NCBI GenBank assembly: GCA_036785375.1
Contig: JAWMAR010000023.1
Span: forward strand, 6,758,001-6,822,000
DNA from: Leucoraja ocellata
Taxonomy: Eukaryota
Direction of reading: 5' to 3'
DNA length: 64,000 nt
Shown in pieces: positions 63,386-64,000 of the stretch (positions are counted from its first letter, which is position 1; each line of letters opens with the position of its first letter). Position numbers and translations under genes: made by a program. Under the pieces are notes generated by a model that was not told the DNA's origin, made no database searches, and saw only the letters and a list, made by a program, of their open reading frames with translations.

Positions 63386-64000
63386 GAAATCACATCAGAT
63401 CACTGTCACTACCCATAAACAAATAAAGACCTTCCCTAATCAGAAGCCGTGGATGAGCAGAGAGGTCAGACTCTTGCTGAAGGCTCGCGATGCCGCTTTT
63501 AGATCTGGCGACGCTGAGGGATACAGCTCATCCAGGGTCAACTTGACAAAGGGAATCAGGAGTGCTAAACTCAAACACAAACGGCAGATCGAGGAGCATT
63601 TTCAAAACAACTCCGACCCCAGACGCATGTGGCAAGGCATCAAGTCCATTGCTGACTACCATAAAGTTAACAACCCCCCCCCCCAGACAATGCCTCCCTT
63701 CCTGACGAGCTAAACTACTTCTATGCTTGTTTTGACCGGGACAACAAAACACCAGCCATCAAAGCTGCCCCACCCCCGAACGAACAACCCCTTAGTCTTT
63801 CCACCTCTGCTGTACAAGGTGCACTGAGCAAGGTGAATGAACACAAAGCCGCCGGCCCCGATTGCATCCCCGGGCGTGTGCTCAGGGCATGTGCTGGACA
63901 ACTATCCCTGGTCTTCACCGACATTTTCAATCTGTCACTGGCCCAGGGTGTCGTCCCTACTTGCCTCAAGACATCAACCATTGTGCCAGTGCCCAAACAG
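63386..64000 (+). mobile_element. Rex1/Babar LINE ORF fragment (runs off the window)
   Basis: KTFPNQKPWMSREVRLLLKARDAAFRSGD...DPRRMWQGIKSIADY...KAAGPD.IPGRVLR.CA.QL..VFTDIFNLSL.Q..VPTCLKTSTIVPVPK; frameshift in a C-run. Confidence 0.92.

Noticed and set aside
57121-64000. Search for the MXRA8 Ig-domain exons
   Set aside because: No HLHHHYCGL-like or other Ig sequence seen; presumed right of the window.

Overview
This is vertebrate genomic DNA, most likely from a cartilaginous fish (skate/ray), judged from HE1-type SINEs and from CR1, L2, Rex1 and Penelope remnants. The supplied ORF track is mostly uninformative because the genes are spliced. Two minus-strand genes lie in the same order as in mammals: the 3' half of MXRA8 (five exons, 57120-50791, TM helix to stop) and, ~7.5 kb further left, the 5' part of Dishevelled-1 (DVL1, exons 1-4, 43281-7912). 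Both continue outside the window. The rest is intron or intergenic sequence dense in decayed transposons. The most notable observations are: (i) an ~840-bp Tigger/pogo-like element in DVL1 intron 1 carrying two head-to-head, pseudogenised linker-histone H1-like coding fragments; (ii) a dispersed family of Penelope-derived ~100-130-nt repeats headed by a minimal hammerhead-ribozyme motif, some with TSDs and many in inverted pairs; (iii) a ~20-bp-period GC-box minisatellite at the DVL1 promoter; (iv) the two ends of one Tc1 family bracketing the in-frame DVL1 exon 2-3 block; (v) a candidate in-frame 69-nt cassette exon inside the DIX domain. All homology calls come from manual translation and recalled protein sequences; no database search was run.
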